DNA of 64,000 nucleotides from a virus, in the IMG/VR virus record IMGVR_UViG_3300009514_000016, positions 1 through 64,000 of that record. One strand, written 5' to 3'. The first letter of the stretch is position 1; each line of letters begins with the position of its first letter. The notes under the pieces were generated by a model. It ran no database searches. It was not told the DNA's origin and worked only from the letters and a program-made list of their open reading frames with translations. A program made the translations under genes and the position numbers. Below, piece after piece: positions 17,895-27,135 of this stretch.

Positions 17895-18839
17895 ATGAAC
17901 AACTGGCCAAATAACTGGTATAGTCAATTCAATAAAATAGCTCAATCTCGTGGTGCTTTGCAAGACATAATCGATGTGCAGAATATATTTATTGATTCAT
18001 TTGCTGAAACCGGGAAAATTGATCAAAAACTGCAGCAATCTATCGTTGATCCTGTTGTTGAAAATTCTGTGCGCGAATTGAGCGCATCAGTGTCTCAATG
18101 GATAGATGATGTTCTGTCTCAAACAAATCAGTGGACGCGCGGAGATCAGAGAGATTTGTCTGTATCAGACTTGAATGTCACTTTAGAGCATAGTTGGGCG
18201 AATGCTATGAGAGAATCAAATACTTTTTATATAAATTTTTCATCTCCAATAACTAATAAAAATAGAGATTCATTATTGCGGATTAGCGAGATGACTCCCC
18301 CAGGAATGGTGGAAGGATATTCCAGCAGAGAATCGATTAGGACATATGATTTTGTAGAATTCAATATCAGAATACTTATAAAAAGCATATTGACAAGCAT
18401 GATGTCTGAATCAATTAACGTATCTGGCAAGGGCGTCTATAGCGCATACGAAAAGTTTCTTGAGAAATGGATCATTCCGAATGTGAGCACAGAATATTAT
18501 CCGCCAAATCCAAATAAACCCGGAGAAAAGATGCGCCCACATGGTCAACAAACTCATTTGTGGCATTTGGTTCATAAGCAGTTTCTTCCATCAAAAATAT
18601 GGGATCTGATAGAAAAATACGGATTCAACATGACAGTCAGAGGAGATCATTCTTCCCTGTCATATAAAAGCCAGAGAACTAAAGCGCCATACAGATACGA
18701 TCCAAGAAAAGGCACAACTGATTTCATTAAATTTCCAAGCATGGCAAATAAATGGGCGGAAAATAAAATGATAACAGACAATGATAAAGTGAAGCTCATT
18801 AGTTTTATTCAGGAGGCAATGGATATCAAAGATGAGTAA
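17895..18839 (+). CDS. Hypothetical protein, N-terminal NWY...KIAQ motif (possible internal head protein)
   Basis: Starts MNNWPNNWYSQFNKIAQ. Confidence 0.7.
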   Translation: MNNWPNNWYSQFNKIAQSRGALQDIIDVQNIFIDSFAETGKIDQKLQQSIVDPVVENSVRELSASVSQWIDDVLSQTNQWTRGDQRDLSVSDLNVTLEHSWANAMRESNTFYINFSSPITNKNRDSLLRISEMTPPGMVEGYSSRESIRTYDFVEFNIRILIKSILTSMMSESINVSGKGVYSAYEKFLEKWIIPNVSTEYYPPNPNKPGEKMRPHGQQTHLWHLVHKQFLPSKIWDLIEKYGFNMTVRGDHSSLSYKSQRTKAPYRYDPRKGTTDFIKFPSMANKWAENKMITDNDKVKLISFIQEAMDIKDE

Positions 18840-19563
18840 CTGGTACAACATATTTAATCACAAAATGGCTCAAAACACTTCTTCATACCCATATGAGAAA
18901 AATCCATTTAGCCTATCCAAAAGAGAAGTGGAACAACTCATGCATGACGCCAACAGAGATGTCGCTGATAAAGTCGCTGTCAACTCTGTGGGATCTCTAT
19001 CTGAAAGAGATCTGGGATCCATAATGCAAGGAGGCGAGGATACTGTCAATGATATGTTTGATGAATTTATAAAAATTAAAGCTTCATGGAGCGGCGGAAT
19101 CATCCAAATATATATAAAAACTCCAGATCCCGCAAAAGAAGATCATATCACCCTTTACCTTAATGATATGGGAGTCGATGACGAAACAGAGTTAGCTAAT
19201 TATCTCCATGGCGCTGTATATGGGATGATTGTTCAATTTGTGTCCGATATGCACATTCAATACTCAACCGATGATATTCAAGGGGCAATTGACGATTTCT
19301 ATAGCGGTGTAAGGCCATCTGATCTATCTTCTAAGGAAACACCCGAATATGAAGCGGAAATGCCACAGGAGGCCCCACAAGAGCCTGCAAAGGCTAAAAA
19401 ACCATGGTATCACGAATATCTCAAGCAAGAACTAGAACACCAAAGAATTCAAGACAAAACATTTGAAGAAAAACTCATAGAAGAGACTAAAGGAGACAAA
19501 TTAGAGCAACAATTGCGGGAGTGGGAAGCTAAGGGATATATTTCAAGAAGACCTAGACGATAA
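18832..19563 (+). CDS. Hypothetical protein, N-terminal NWY...KMAQ motif
   Basis: Starts MSNWYNIFNHKMAQ. Confidence 0.7.
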   Translation: MSNWYNIFNHKMAQNTSSYPYEKNPFSLSKREVEQLMHDANRDVADKVAVNSVGSLSERDLGSIMQGGEDTVNDMFDEFIKIKASWSGGIIQIYIKTPDPAKEDHITLYLNDMGVDDETELANYLHGAVYGMIVQFVSDMHIQYSTDDIQGAIDDFYSGVRPSDLSSKETPEYEAEMPQEAPQEPAKAKKPWYHEYLKQELEHQRIQDKTFEEKLIEETKGDKLEQQLREWEAKGYISRRPRR

Positions 19564-19564
19564 A

Positions 19565-20542
19565 ATGAATAACTGGTATCTCAAATTCATCAAACTGGCG
19601 CAAGAAGAAAAGTCTCCAACATGGCAAGATGAATTCGCTGATATTAAAGATCGTTTCAGCGTCGCTCACGATATGATGGCAGAAAAAGGCCACCAAACCT
19701 TTCAAGACCCCATGGTCACTGATCTTACAAATATTGATTATATATCAGAACAATTCTTAAATCAACACACTAGCGAAATTTTAGACAAAATAGAAACACT
19801 AAAAAGAAGTTACCAAAACCAAACAAATATCAATGATGAACCACAAGAAATGCCAGATGCTTGGATTGGACCCTATCACGAAGAAGAAATAACATATCCA
19901 GAAGCCAGAGGAAGATTAATGTTTAATTTGCCGCTAATGAATTACAACATAAGCATCAATATGGATATGTATATTGACGAACACCCATCAACATTTGCTT
20001 GGAATCCTAATAATTCATATTTTTCACTTGCAGCAGATTTCACTTCAGAACCAGTTTTATCTAAGAAAGCATTCGAAGGAGAACGCGGAGGAAGCTCAAT
20101 AGTTCATATCCCATACACCTTAGCTAATGAAAAATATATAAAGCCATACCTGAAAAATCTAATAAATGGATCAGTTCATAGCTACATCAATCGAAATAGC
20201 AACGCACTTCAAGATATGCTCCAATCAAAAGCACCTGATCAACATATCGGAAACCTAAATAAAAACAACCAAATGCTAATGAATATAGCATGGAAATTCA
20301 ATGAAGCAAATACTAATAATTGCACTCCAGAAATTCTAGATGGACAATTAGATGGATTGCAACTGGCCGCAGAAATATGCGAACACCCATATATCAGAAA
20401 AATCTACAATGACCACATCAATCCTGACGATAGGCGAGAATCTATCTATGTTAGCAGCCTGTGGTCTCTCCCATATTCTGTTTTTGTGCATTTAGTTCAC
20501 TGGATGGAAGAATTTATCAATAAGAATTCTGGGCCATCCTAA
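19565..20542 (+). CDS. Hypothetical protein, N-terminal NWY...KLAQ motif
   Basis: Starts MNNWYLKFIKLAQ. Confidence 0.7.
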   Translation: MNNWYLKFIKLAQEEKSPTWQDEFADIKDRFSVAHDMMAEKGHQTFQDPMVTDLTNIDYISEQFLNQHTSEILDKIETLKRSYQNQTNINDEPQEMPDAWIGPYHEEEITYPEARGRLMFNLPLMNYNISINMDMYIDEHPSTFAWNPNNSYFSLAADFTSEPVLSKKAFEGERGGSSIVHIPYTLANEKYIKPYLKNLINGSVHSYINRNSNALQDMLQSKAPDQHIGNLNKNNQMLMNIAWKFNEANTNNCTPEILDGQLDGLQLAAEICEHPYIRKIYNDHINPDDRRESIYVSSLWSLPYSVFVHLVHWMEEFINKNSGPS

Positions 20543-21087
20543 ATCTCTAATTGTTCATACCTGTCAACATCTTCAATAAAAGACTCAATTAACTCAACCT
20601 CAATTAGATTTGTACTACACATGTCTTCTGCGACGCTTGCGTCCATTGATGCTAGTTTTTCTTCTTTGCTTTTTGATTTATGTTTTACACAAGTTCCATA
20701 TTTATCGTGAGGCAAAGTAGTGTTATTTGGTAAGAAACACACATTTTTGCAAAACCAAAAATATTCGACAATTGGCCAAGGTCGGTATTCTTCTTTTTGT
20801 TCTGATTTAGAAAGTATATATGTGAATCTCACAAAACTAATAAAACCAATCAAGCATATTATTGCGCCGCTAATGGAAATTATAGAATAATTTCCCGATG
20901 TTAACATGCAAGATATGATACCTATAGTAAAAAAGGTTAATACTACATAAAAACCCTCGAATTCCCCCTGAGGTGTTGTTTTATCAACAGAGTTTTTGAT
21001 TCTATAATATATTATTATAGGAATTGTCACCGGAAGTAACATTATTCTCACCCAAAAACATAGAAAATCCAATATTATTCTCATCAT
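20539..21087 (-). CDS. Membrane protein (about 3 TM), YxxLEI tail
   Basis: Hydrophobic N-half; ends DRYEQLEI. Confidence 0.7.
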   Translation of the reverse strand: MMRIILDFLCFWVRIMLLPVTIPIIIYYRIKNSVDKTTPQGEFEGFYVVLTFFTIGIISCMLTSGNYSIISISGAIICLIGFISFVRFTYILSKSEQKEEYRPWPIVEYFWFCKNVCFLPNNTTLPHDKYGTCVKHKSKSKEEKLASMDASVAEDMCSTNLIEVELIESFIEDVDRYEQLEI

Positions 21088-21563
21088 ATCTCTAAATTCC
21101 CATAAGTTGTTGGTTTGAATTCTTTGATTTCTATTTCTTTGCTTTTAATGTCATTGTTTATTTGCTCATCAATTGTTGCATCTTGACAAAAATTGAAATT
21201 GTTTTTCTCAAGAATTTTAAAAACATCGTCATATTTAGCTCTAATAATTACATTTTTATCAGTCAAAATAGCCAAATATTTGAAACCCAAAACATTTGAG
21301 GAATAAATTTTATTTATAGTTGCTTTATATTTACAGTTTATAGCGCCATCATCATTGCTAATATACCTATCAAAAATATTGCTTATTTCGCTGGCTTCAA
21401 TTTTAGCAAGCTTCATGTTTTCATCGTAAAAATAATATCTTAAAATGTCAATATGAATAACGTCGGATGGACCCAATTCATGAGCATAAAACGCTTCTGA
21501 AATAATCTGGACAGTCTTATGTGGAAGACTCCTATACGCACAGCGATACACTTGATTTGTCAT
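21084..21563 (-). CDS. Hypothetical protein, YxxLEI tail
   Basis: GAGGA RBS; ends TTYGNLEI. Confidence 0.7.
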   Translation of the reverse strand: MTNQVYRCAYRSLPHKTVQIISEAFYAHELGPSDVIHIDILRYYFYDENMKLAKIEASEISNIFDRYISNDDGAINCKYKATINKIYSSNVLGFKYLAILTDKNVIIRAKYDDVFKILEKNNFNFCQDATIDEQINNDIKSKEIEIKEFKPTTYGNLEI

Positions 21564-21580
21564 CTGTTCCTCATTATTCG

Positions 21581-21865
21581 CTAATTTTCTTTTCTCATTG
21601 CATAAACTTCCTCACCAGTTTGCAATGCGTCGCACAATTCTCTAGCCATGCCAACAGCGTAATCTATGTCATGTGGAAAACTATCAATATCATCCAGGTG
21701 GTCTTTATTTACAAATTTACTCTTAAGGGCATTGTTAATATATGATATTAGATCTTTGGCGTTTTGTTTTGCTTGTTTCAGCCAATCTTTCACTTCGCTG
21801 TCAAGAATTTTGTAGTTTCTTTTGTCTTCTTCAGTTTCTAATTTATAGAATAATTCTTCGCTCAT
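21581..21865 (-). CDS. Hypothetical protein
   Basis: GGAG RBS and GGTATAAT upstream. Confidence 0.7.
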   Translation of the reverse strand: MSEELFYKLETEEDKRNYKILDSEVKDWLKQAKQNAKDLISYINNALKSKFVNKDHLDDIDSFPHDIDYAVGMARELCDALQTGEEVYAMRKEN

Positions 21866-21965
21866 GATAGTCTCCGCATATAGTCTACAAATTTATTATA
21901 CCGGATATGGATTGAGGATAAAATTTTATTGCTATTACTGTTGGTTTTCTATTGAATGGTTGTTA

Positions 21966-22634
21966 CTATATTTCTAAAACTCCATACATGCCATTTGCAA
22001 GTTTTCTACTTATTATGGTCAAAAATCCTTTTTTATGATCTATAAAATTATCTTTATTATAATAAGGAATGCACAGGCGTCGCTCGCTATCGTCTAAGTC
22101 ATTTTTTATGCTAAGTCTTTTACCAATGTCATAGCCAGACAGCGAATTCTGCAACTCAAGCCACATACGTTTACATTTAAAATAAAGACCTATATACTCT
22201 TTCATTAGTTTGGTCCCATTAAAATTAAATACATATATTAGATCCCCTCCCAAGATATTGTCATGTATATATGTTATTTTATTGTGTGGTTTGATCTCTT
22301 TTAGCGAATTTTTATTGTCCTCATGGCTTAGTGCTATATGGCATTTAGCTATTATTTTGCTTACATCGGTAGACGAATAAGTAAAGTTGCAATGTTGTTC
22401 TTTCATGCAGTATTCAGTAAAATAACTTTTTATCACATATGGAACAGCGTACGTCAGAATGTCCTTTTTTATCGCCTTATAGGGAATTGCGTTTTCTAAT
22501 TTTATTTGACCGCTCTGATCGAATTTGATGTCATCATATTGGTTTTCGTTGAAAAATTCTTGTATCATAGAATGAGTATTGCGTGGCAGTAATTCGTTAA
22601 ATTTGCTAGTATATTGTTGCACAATGCCGCTCAT
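21966..22634 (-). CDS. Hypothetical protein, YxxLEI tail
   Basis: AGGAG RBS; ends GMYGVLEI. Confidence 0.7.
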   Translation of the reverse strand: MSGIVQQYTSKFNELLPRNTHSMIQEFFNENQYDDIKFDQSGQIKLENAIPYKAIKKDILTYAVPYVIKSYFTEYCMKEQHCNFTYSSTDVSKIIAKCHIALSHEDNKNSLKEIKPHNKITYIHDNILGGDLIYVFNFNGTKLMKEYIGLYFKCKRMWLELQNSLSGYDIGKRLSIKNDLDDSERRLCIPYYNKDNFIDHKKGFLTIISRKLANGMYGVLEI

Positions 22635-22717
22635 AGTATCTCCTATAAAAAAATATTAGTGAATCTCAAAATTCTCAGATTAGTGAATCTTGGAATTAAC
22701 AATTAGATTATCTATAT

Positions 22718-24163
22718 CTAGTTTCTAATAGAATATTCCTTTTTCCAAATTAATATATCGATATTCCTGTCCTCGCGTGTTTTGCGAAGATATTCTCTCC
22801 TTTGCGTCGCAAAGGGAATTGTCTCATGAAAAACAATCCCGCACTTCTCTGCTATTTTCTTGCAATCATCAACTAAATTATACTTTCTTCTGATATCCTC
22901 AACATATAGCCCAAAATATCCGCCATCCCGAACATGCTCAACACTTTTAGAGATGAACGGTTCCACAAAATTGGAAAGCCACTCTGAATAATCGCTGGAT
23001 GGCGTCACTCCCTTATACTTTTCCACATCCAAAAATGGCGGGGAAGTAAAAACTAAATCAAAACAATCTGAAACCCTATCCAACTCCTCCAAACAATCGC
23101 CATGAATCACTGACAAATCCATATCAATCTGCTTTCTAATGAACTCTGCAGTTTTATTCAAGCCACTCACAGTGTCTGGAGACAAGTCTATGCCAACATA
23201 CTTAGAAATCCCAGAAGCGGAAAATCCCAACATCCGACCACTAAACCCCGCACAAGGATCTAAAACCGATATGTGCTCATCACCAAATAAATGATGCTTA
23301 ATCATCTTGGCAACTCTCGGAGGAAAATTGTTGACAGTTCCAGCCTTATTCTCTGTTCTGCAAATTTCTCTAATTCTACTGATATTCACTTTTGGATAAC
23401 GAGCCAAAACCTTTCTAATGCCCCTCTTGAAATCTTTGTCAGAATTAAAAAACTCTAACGGAGACATTTTCCCTTTCCGATAACACTCCATCATATGCGG
23501 ATGAAAAGAACTGGCCAATCCGCTCCCAACTCCATCCCACCTATAGTTGTCTGCTTTAGGAATGTAGTCATAGATCGTTTTCCACTTGGCTAACATTTGG
23601 TCGCCGCTAAAACGATAGTGGGGGAATCCGTGCTTGCGATACTCTTGAAATATTTCCTCAACCTGAGCATCCATCTTATTCTGAGTCTCCTCAGAATTTA
23701 TTTTGCTCTTCAATTTTTCAATCTGATTGACAGCAATCTTATTGCCTTTGGAAATATCCACTTCATTGTTATTGCCCAGCCACATGGCTATCTGCTTCTG
23801 ATCCTTGGAAATAACATCAGCAATGTCAACTTCAACAACGTCTTCTTTCATAACATTGCCACATGTCAAGGGAAAACCTGGAAACCGAGATTGATATTCC
23901 GCCGCAGAGATATTGTGAACCTTCAAATGCCCAGTGTCATTCAACATCTTAAAAGGATGTTGGCATATCTGACACAAAATATAATCCTGACCCAACACTC
24001 CATATTTTGACAAATAAGAGTTTTTATCTAACACTTTCTCTCTGACTTTGAGACGCTGATAGCATTTCTTGCAGCGCCCCTTAGAGAAATGAGGATATTC
24101 AATCAATCCGCATTCAACACATTTGTCGTGTTTGCGACTCCATTTATTCATATGCGCATCCAT
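22718..24163 (-). CDS. DNA amino-methyltransferase (N6A/N4C-type) with N-terminal zinc-finger modules
   Basis: SAM-binding VLDPCAGFSGR, YVGID, catalytic FTSPPF; N-terminal CxxC/C2H2 (MucR/ROS-like) modules. Confidence 0.8.
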   Translation of the reverse strand: MDAHMNKWSRKHDKCVECGLIEYPHFSKGRCKKCYQRLKVREKVLDKNSYLSKYGVLGQDYILCQICQHPFKMLNDTGHLKVHNISAAEYQSRFPGFPLTCGNVMKEDVVEVDIADVISKDQKQIAMWLGNNNEVDISKGNKIAVNQIEKLKSKINSEETQNKMDAQVEEIFQEYRKHGFPHYRFSGDQMLAKWKTIYDYIPKADNYRWDGVGSGLASSFHPHMMECYRKGKMSPLEFFNSDKDFKRGIRKVLARYPKVNISRIREICRTENKAGTVNNFPPRVAKMIKHHLFGDEHISVLDPCAGFSGRMLGFSASGISKYVGIDLSPDTVSGLNKTAEFIRKQIDMDLSVIHGDCLEELDRVSDCFDLVFTSPPFLDVEKYKGVTPSSDYSEWLSNFVEPFISKSVEHVRDGGYFGLYVEDIRRKYNLVDDCKKIAEKCGIVFHETIPFATQRREYLRKTREDRNIDILIWKKEYSIRN

Positions 24164-24166
24164 AAA

Positions 24167-25330
24167 TTACTGTGATTCAGAAGTTAATTGCAAAGAATCT
24201 CTAAATTGTTTTAGTGCATCTTCTGCTGAATAGTCTTTAATTGGCAGTCCTAAATCTGGAAATAATTCGCATATTTCTTCCAAATAAAAATCATTTCTTA
24301 TATCATGGCCCCAAAATTTTATAGCATTCCATTCATGTTGGGCAAATTTTTTAAATCTCTTTTTGTCTAAAACAAAATTGCGCGCAACCCACCCATCTAG
24401 TTCATCGAATTCTTTTTTCCCAGAGAGGTATTCCCATCCATGCCAATAATCCCCCATAATTTCTATTATAATTTTCCTTTCTGGGTCGGCAAAATCAGTT
24501 GTGGCAAAATCCATAAAATTATACTGCCATACAATTTTAGGCGATTTTTCAGCATTTATATCTCCAATTTGAATGTGATATCCACGATTCAGCATCCAAT
24601 TGGCAAATTTTCTTTCAATTCCAGAGACTTTTTCAAAACCGCCTTCTCTATTTTTTTTGATCATTCTGGCTCTTTGAGCTTCGCACTGCTCAGGGGAATT
24701 GATATATCCCCTAGTTTCTTTGAGTAATATTCTTCCAGCAGAAGTGGCTTCGCTTCTATAATCAAGAATTTTTTGAGCCATCATGGGATAATTAGGAAAT
24801 TCATCTTTATATTCAGATGTCTTTATATTATGAATTTTTAGGTGCCCATAATCAGCGAGCCACAAAAATGGTTCATGACATATTCGGCAAATAACATAAT
24901 CTTCATTTTCTACACCATCTTCCATTATTTCTGCATTTTTAGCTCTAGTTTTTTCTTTGCCTCTCTCGTTTTCAATTTCATTTCTATGATCTTTATAGCA
25001 TATTTCACACATTCCTAAAGACTTATGCGCATATTCTGTGCTTTTACATTGCACGCATTTCTTATGTTTTTTAGACCATTTTCCGTTTAAAGAATTCATA
25101 CTGGGTTTTCCTGTTGTGATTTTTCGTAGATTCTCAGCCCCTTTGGAATAGAATTTTTTCATTTCCTCAGGCTTGTCCTTCATCCATGATTCTCTTGTCG
25201 GCGCATTATGTTTTGCTTTATACTCTTTGGCGCTCATTCCATGAACTTGTCTAACATGACTCAAAATCGTTTTCTCTTGTTCGAATCCACATTCTTCACA
25301 TTTTAACATCTCATTATTCCTTTGTTTCAA
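24167..25330 (-). CDS. Vsr/DUF559-like endonuclease with N-terminal zinc-finger modules
   Basis: C-terminal TDFADPERKIIIEIMGDYWHG...D...KFW; three Zn modules upstream. Confidence 0.78.
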   Translation of the reverse strand: MKQRNNEMLKCEECGFEQEKTILSHVRQVHGMSAKEYKAKHNAPTRESWMKDKPEEMKKFYSKGAENLRKITTGKPSMNSLNGKWSKKHKKCVQCKSTEYAHKSLGMCEICYKDHRNEIENERGKEKTRAKNAEIMEDGVENEDYVICRICHEPFLWLADYGHLKIHNIKTSEYKDEFPNYPMMAQKILDYRSEATSAGRILLKETRGYINSPEQCEAQRARMIKKNREGGFEKVSGIERKFANWMLNRGYHIQIGDINAEKSPKIVWQYNFMDFATTDFADPERKIIIEIMGDYWHGWEYLSGKKEFDELDGWVARNFVLDKKRFKKFAQHEWNAIKFWGHDIRNDFYLEEICELFPDLGLPIKDYSAEDALKQFRDSLQLTSESQ

Positions 25331-25531
25331 AATTTGCGTCTTGGCGACTGATCATTAATTGCGTCAATTGCCTTGTGATTTCATTATACTATTGATTTTT
25401 GGCATCCGTGAAAGAAAAATGATTTTCTCAAAGAAAAATATCGATCCGTCTACAAAAAAATATCTAGCCACTAGGCGTATCGATATATGCGAATAAGACG
25501 TGTCGATATTTTTATTAAACAGTTAAAAAGA

Positions 25532-25558
25532 AAAGGGAGAGAACGAGTCTCTCCCTTT
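25532..25558 (-). terminator. Intrinsic terminator after the major capsid gene
   Basis: AAAGGGAGAGA-ACGAG-TCTCTCCCTTT; T-run follows on the minus strand. Confidence 0.8.
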
Positions 25559-25595
25559 CTAACTCCTTGATTTATAAGGACTTACCTAGATCGGA

Positions 25596-26459
25596 TTAGG
25601 AACCAGATGTCACGCTGACTTTTGCCAGAGCATAGTCATTGATGATTACTATGCCCACTTCTTCATAAATTATCCAGCCAAGGCGAAGCTCTTTAGGGTT
25701 ATCTGCTGGTAGAACGGTGATGTCCTGGCGAACCGGGAAGGCACCGACGTATTCGGCTGGAGCGAGCAGGAATACTTCGTCGGTTCTCATACGAGAAGAG
25801 ACGTGAATATCTGCTGTCCAGAGGTGTCCGAATAAACCAGAGGTTAGAACCTCTCTCTGGGTTGCTTCATCGTAAACGGTTTTTCCGAAGTTACGAACGT
25901 CAGCATAGCGTGAAGCATGCATAACGATCTTAGCAACGGTTAGGTCGTGTTGCTCGATGAAAGCGAAAGCGCTGTTTAGGGCGGCTAGGGTTAGAGCGCC
26001 ACCAGTTGTGGTGACAGTGTGATCAGCAAGAATGGAGCTTCTGATTGCGGCGAAGATGTTTGTATCTTCTTCCTTTTGAATAGCTTCTTTTGCTTTGATC
26101 TGAGCGCGGTCTACAATGTAGAATCTACGAGCTTTGATCTCGGAAATTCTGATTTGTGGGTTGACAGCGATCTCGAAAGTTGGGACAAGGATTTCCTCGC
26201 CCTCGGTGATTTCGTCTGGCACAGCGCCTCTACGGGAGATGACGTGAGCGACTGAACGAACGTCTTTTTCGTAGCGAGCTAGGGCTCCTTGTGGTAGTTC
26301 GTCAACCATGAGAAGTTTACGACCTACAGCCTGATACTCAAGTGCTCTACGAATTGGTTCAACCATTGCCTGGGCAAGGGCTACACGTCCTTCGTCTGTT
26401 TCAAGAGCTTGAGCGATAAGAGCTTCGCGTTCTGCTACTGCTGATTTATCTAAAGCCAT
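25596..26459 (-). CDS. Major capsid protein (HK97 fold, encapsulin-like)
   Basis: LAQAMVEPIRRALEYQAVGRKLLMVDELPQGA...PTFEIAVNP...AIQKEED; strongly biased codons; last gene after protease and decoration genes, followed by a terminator. Confidence 0.88.
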   Translation of the reverse strand: MALDKSAVAEREALIAQALETDEGRVALAQAMVEPIRRALEYQAVGRKLLMVDELPQGALARYEKDVRSVAHVISRRGAVPDEITEGEEILVPTFEIAVNPQIRISEIKARRFYIVDRAQIKAKEAIQKEEDTNIFAAIRSSILADHTVTTTGGALTLAALNSAFAFIEQHDLTVAKIVMHASRYADVRNFGKTVYDEATQREVLTSGLFGHLWTADIHVSSRMRTDEVFLLAPAEYVGAFPVRQDITVLPADNPKELRLGWIIYEEVGIVIINDYALAKVSVTSGS

Positions 26460-26561
26460 TTTTGTTATTCCTTTTTCTGAGTTATACTTAGAAATTTCTT
26501 ATTTGTTCTATATTAGAAACTTTTCTAATTAGACGCGATCTAATAAGAGTTATACTCTAAA

Positions 26562-27089
26562 TTAGATTACTAGTTTGAAGACTAGGTAGGTGCCGAGTGA
26601 CAGATCGCCATTCAGACCGGAGCTTGTTCCTGGAACTCCTGATGGATATGGACCTGGAACTTCAACAACTGTTGCTACAACTTGTGAGTTTGCAGAAGAG
26701 GTTGTTGTTAGTTTACCATCTGAACCGACGAATAGGTCAGCGCCTACAGTGTAGGAAACGCCGTCGTCATATTGGTCAGTGGCGAACTTTCCGCCTGAGT
26801 GATAGACGGTCATCTTGCCAGAGGCAGATGTTTCGTCTACGAATGGGTCTGATACTCTGTTCACAAAGCTATCTGAACCACCGCTGATTCCAGCGCCTAC
26901 TTTTGGAAGACCAGGAGCGGATGATTTAGTATCACCAGCGATTCCTAGTGTCTTTGTAGAAGCGCCTCCGGTTGCTAGAGCAGCTTCTCCAGAGGAGTTT
27001 AGCTGAACGAACATTCCTTCAACGATATCTGCTGCGCTGTTTACAGGGTAAAAATCAGCGACAACGTGATAAATTTCGACTAATGCCAT
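26562..27089 (-). CDS. Capsid decoration/cement protein
   Basis: Gly/Ser/Thr-rich beta protein (SGKMTVYHSGGKFATDQY...GKLTT) immediately upstream of the MCP. Confidence 0.7.
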   Translation of the reverse strand: MALVEIYHVVADFYPVNSAADIVEGMFVQLNSSGEAALATGGASTKTLGIAGDTKSSAPGLPKVGAGISGGSDSFVNRVSDPFVDETSASGKMTVYHSGGKFATDQYDDGVSYTVGADLFVGSDGKLTTTSSANSQVVATVVEVPGPYPSGVPGTSSGLNGDLSLGTYLVFKLVI

Positions 27090-27135
27090 TGTTATATTCC
27101 TTTTTGGACTTTTTTCAAATTATTTGTTTCGACTA

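Noticed and set aside
25596-26459. Cellular encapsulin nanocompartment
   Set aside because: Context of portal, terminase, prohead protease and decoration protein indicates a phage capsid.
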